NCBI GenBank assembly: GCA_016839945.1
Contig: JAEOTE010000033.1
Coordinates: forward strand, 1 to 46,766
From: Candidatus Heimdallarchaeota archaeon
Lineage (GTDB): Archaea; Asgardarchaeota; Heimdallarchaeia; Heimdallarchaeales; Heimdallarchaeaceae
Direction: 5' to 3'
Length of the DNA: 46,766 bases
Positions 46,007-46,766 of this stretch are shown here, piece by piece (positions within the stretch are counted from its first letter, which is position 1; the number at the start of each line of letters is the position of its first letter). The notes beneath the pieces are model-generated. The model saw only the letters and a program-made list of their open reading frames with translations, ran no database searches and was not told the origin of the DNA. Both the position numbers and the translations under genes were made by a program.

Positions 46007-46766
46007 CTAGAAGATTAATTCTCCTTTGAGAACCAACATTGCATTACCAGTAATCTCAACTCGGTTATTTTCTAAAATTTTTACCTTAAGTTTTCCCTCT
46101 CTTTCTGACATTTGGAGAGCTAGCATCTCTTCTTTGTTCAGTCTTTTTGACCAATAAGGTGCTAAAATTGTATGAGTTGATCCAGTTACAGGATCTTCAT
46201 TAATGCCTACCCAAGGAGCGAAGAACCTTGATACAAAATCATATTTCTCAGATGCTTTTGCTGTTATCAACACTCCTGTTATAGATAAATCTAAATCCAA
46301 TTCCTTCATTTGTTCGAAATCTGGTTGAATTTCCTTAACTTGTTCTTCATTTTCTAATTCAACTAATATATCATTTACCCCTTCTGAATAGGCAACATTT
46401 TCAGCTTTATCTACACCTAGAGCATTCAATAATCCTTCTGGAGGTTTGATGTTTTCTGGATCATTTAAAGGAAAATCAAGAACAACTCCTTCATCTCTTC
46501 TAAATGCCATTAAATCTCCACTTAAAGTGTGGAAAGTAACCTTATCTGAATAAATGTTAATTTCATAAAATAAAAGAGCTGCAGTTGCTAATGTAGCATG
46601 CCCACAGAGATTTACTTCTACTTTTGGAGTAAACCACCTCAATCTAAAGGAGTTTATTTCTTTTATGTTTCCATCTTCAGGGAGATATAGGAAAGCTGTT
46701 TCAGATAAATTCATTTCAGCTGCAATCTTTTGCAAAATATCATCAGGGAATTCTTTCTCAATAATA
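46007..46766 (-). CDS. PhzF family (phenazine biosynthesis-like) isomerase, 5'-truncated by the window
   Basis: IAAEMNLSETAF, LRWFTP..EVNLCGHATLA, SRFFAP..GINEDPVTGS. Frame is open to the window end. Confidence 0.93.
   Translation of the reverse strand, partial: IIEKEFPDDILQKIAAEMNLSETAFLYLPEDGNIKEINSFRLRWFTPKVEVNLCGHATLATAALLFYEINIYSDKVTFHTLSGDLMAFRRDEGVVLDFPLNDPENIKPPEGLLNALGVDKAENVAYSEGVNDILVELENEEQVKEIQPDFEQMKELDLDLSITGVLITAKASEKYDFVSRFFAPWVGINEDPVTGSTHTILAPYWSKRLNKEEMLALQMSEREGKLKVKILENNRVEITGNAMLVLKGELIF

Noticed and set aside
1-46766. tRNA, rRNA, transposase, integrase or prophage genes
   Set aside because: Intergenic gaps are short and AT-rich with no cloverleaf or rRNA-like GC-rich tract, and no ORF shows mobile-element motifs. 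Judged by eye only.

Overview
AT-rich (roughly 30% GC by eye), gene-dense archaeal chromosomal segment. Both edge ORFs are cut by the window. Archaeal markers are a type II methionine aminopeptidase, DUF61/UPF0216, GGTGA-type Shine-Dalgarno sites, TATA-like promoters, oligo-T terminators and C-terminal sorting signals. A roadblock-like domain, a TrmB protein with a giant helical insert, a non-pyrrolysine MttB and a bacterial-type GAPDH together suggest an Asgard archaeon, possibly Heimdallarchaeia-like (inference, not a database result). Recognisable genes: dnaK-dnaJ (no grpE in the window), gap, rocD, map, Xaa-Pro peptidase, a heterodimeric ABC exporter, a sugar ABC importer with a fused FN3-MalF-MalG permease, a CaCA exchanger, an ArsB/NhaD-type transporter, an amidohydrolase, an extended SDR and a PhzF-family protein. 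No rRNA, tRNA, CRISPR array or mobile element was seen. The best candidate for an undescribed system is the tightly coupled minus-strand operon at 29432-36467. It encodes (i) a STAND-like P-loop NTPase with a SNAP/TPR-like C-terminus, (ii) a proline-free 484-aa helical rod, and (iii) a 1264-aa TrmB-like protein whose wHTH and PLD-fold domains are separated by about 1040 aa of amphipathic helix with a Gly-Pro break at the midpoint. Other notable items: a zinc-ribbon membrane protein with two ESCRT MIM2-like motifs, a roadblock domain fused to five ~86-aa helical repeats, and a 10-PAS sensor ending in a His-less DHp-like tail.
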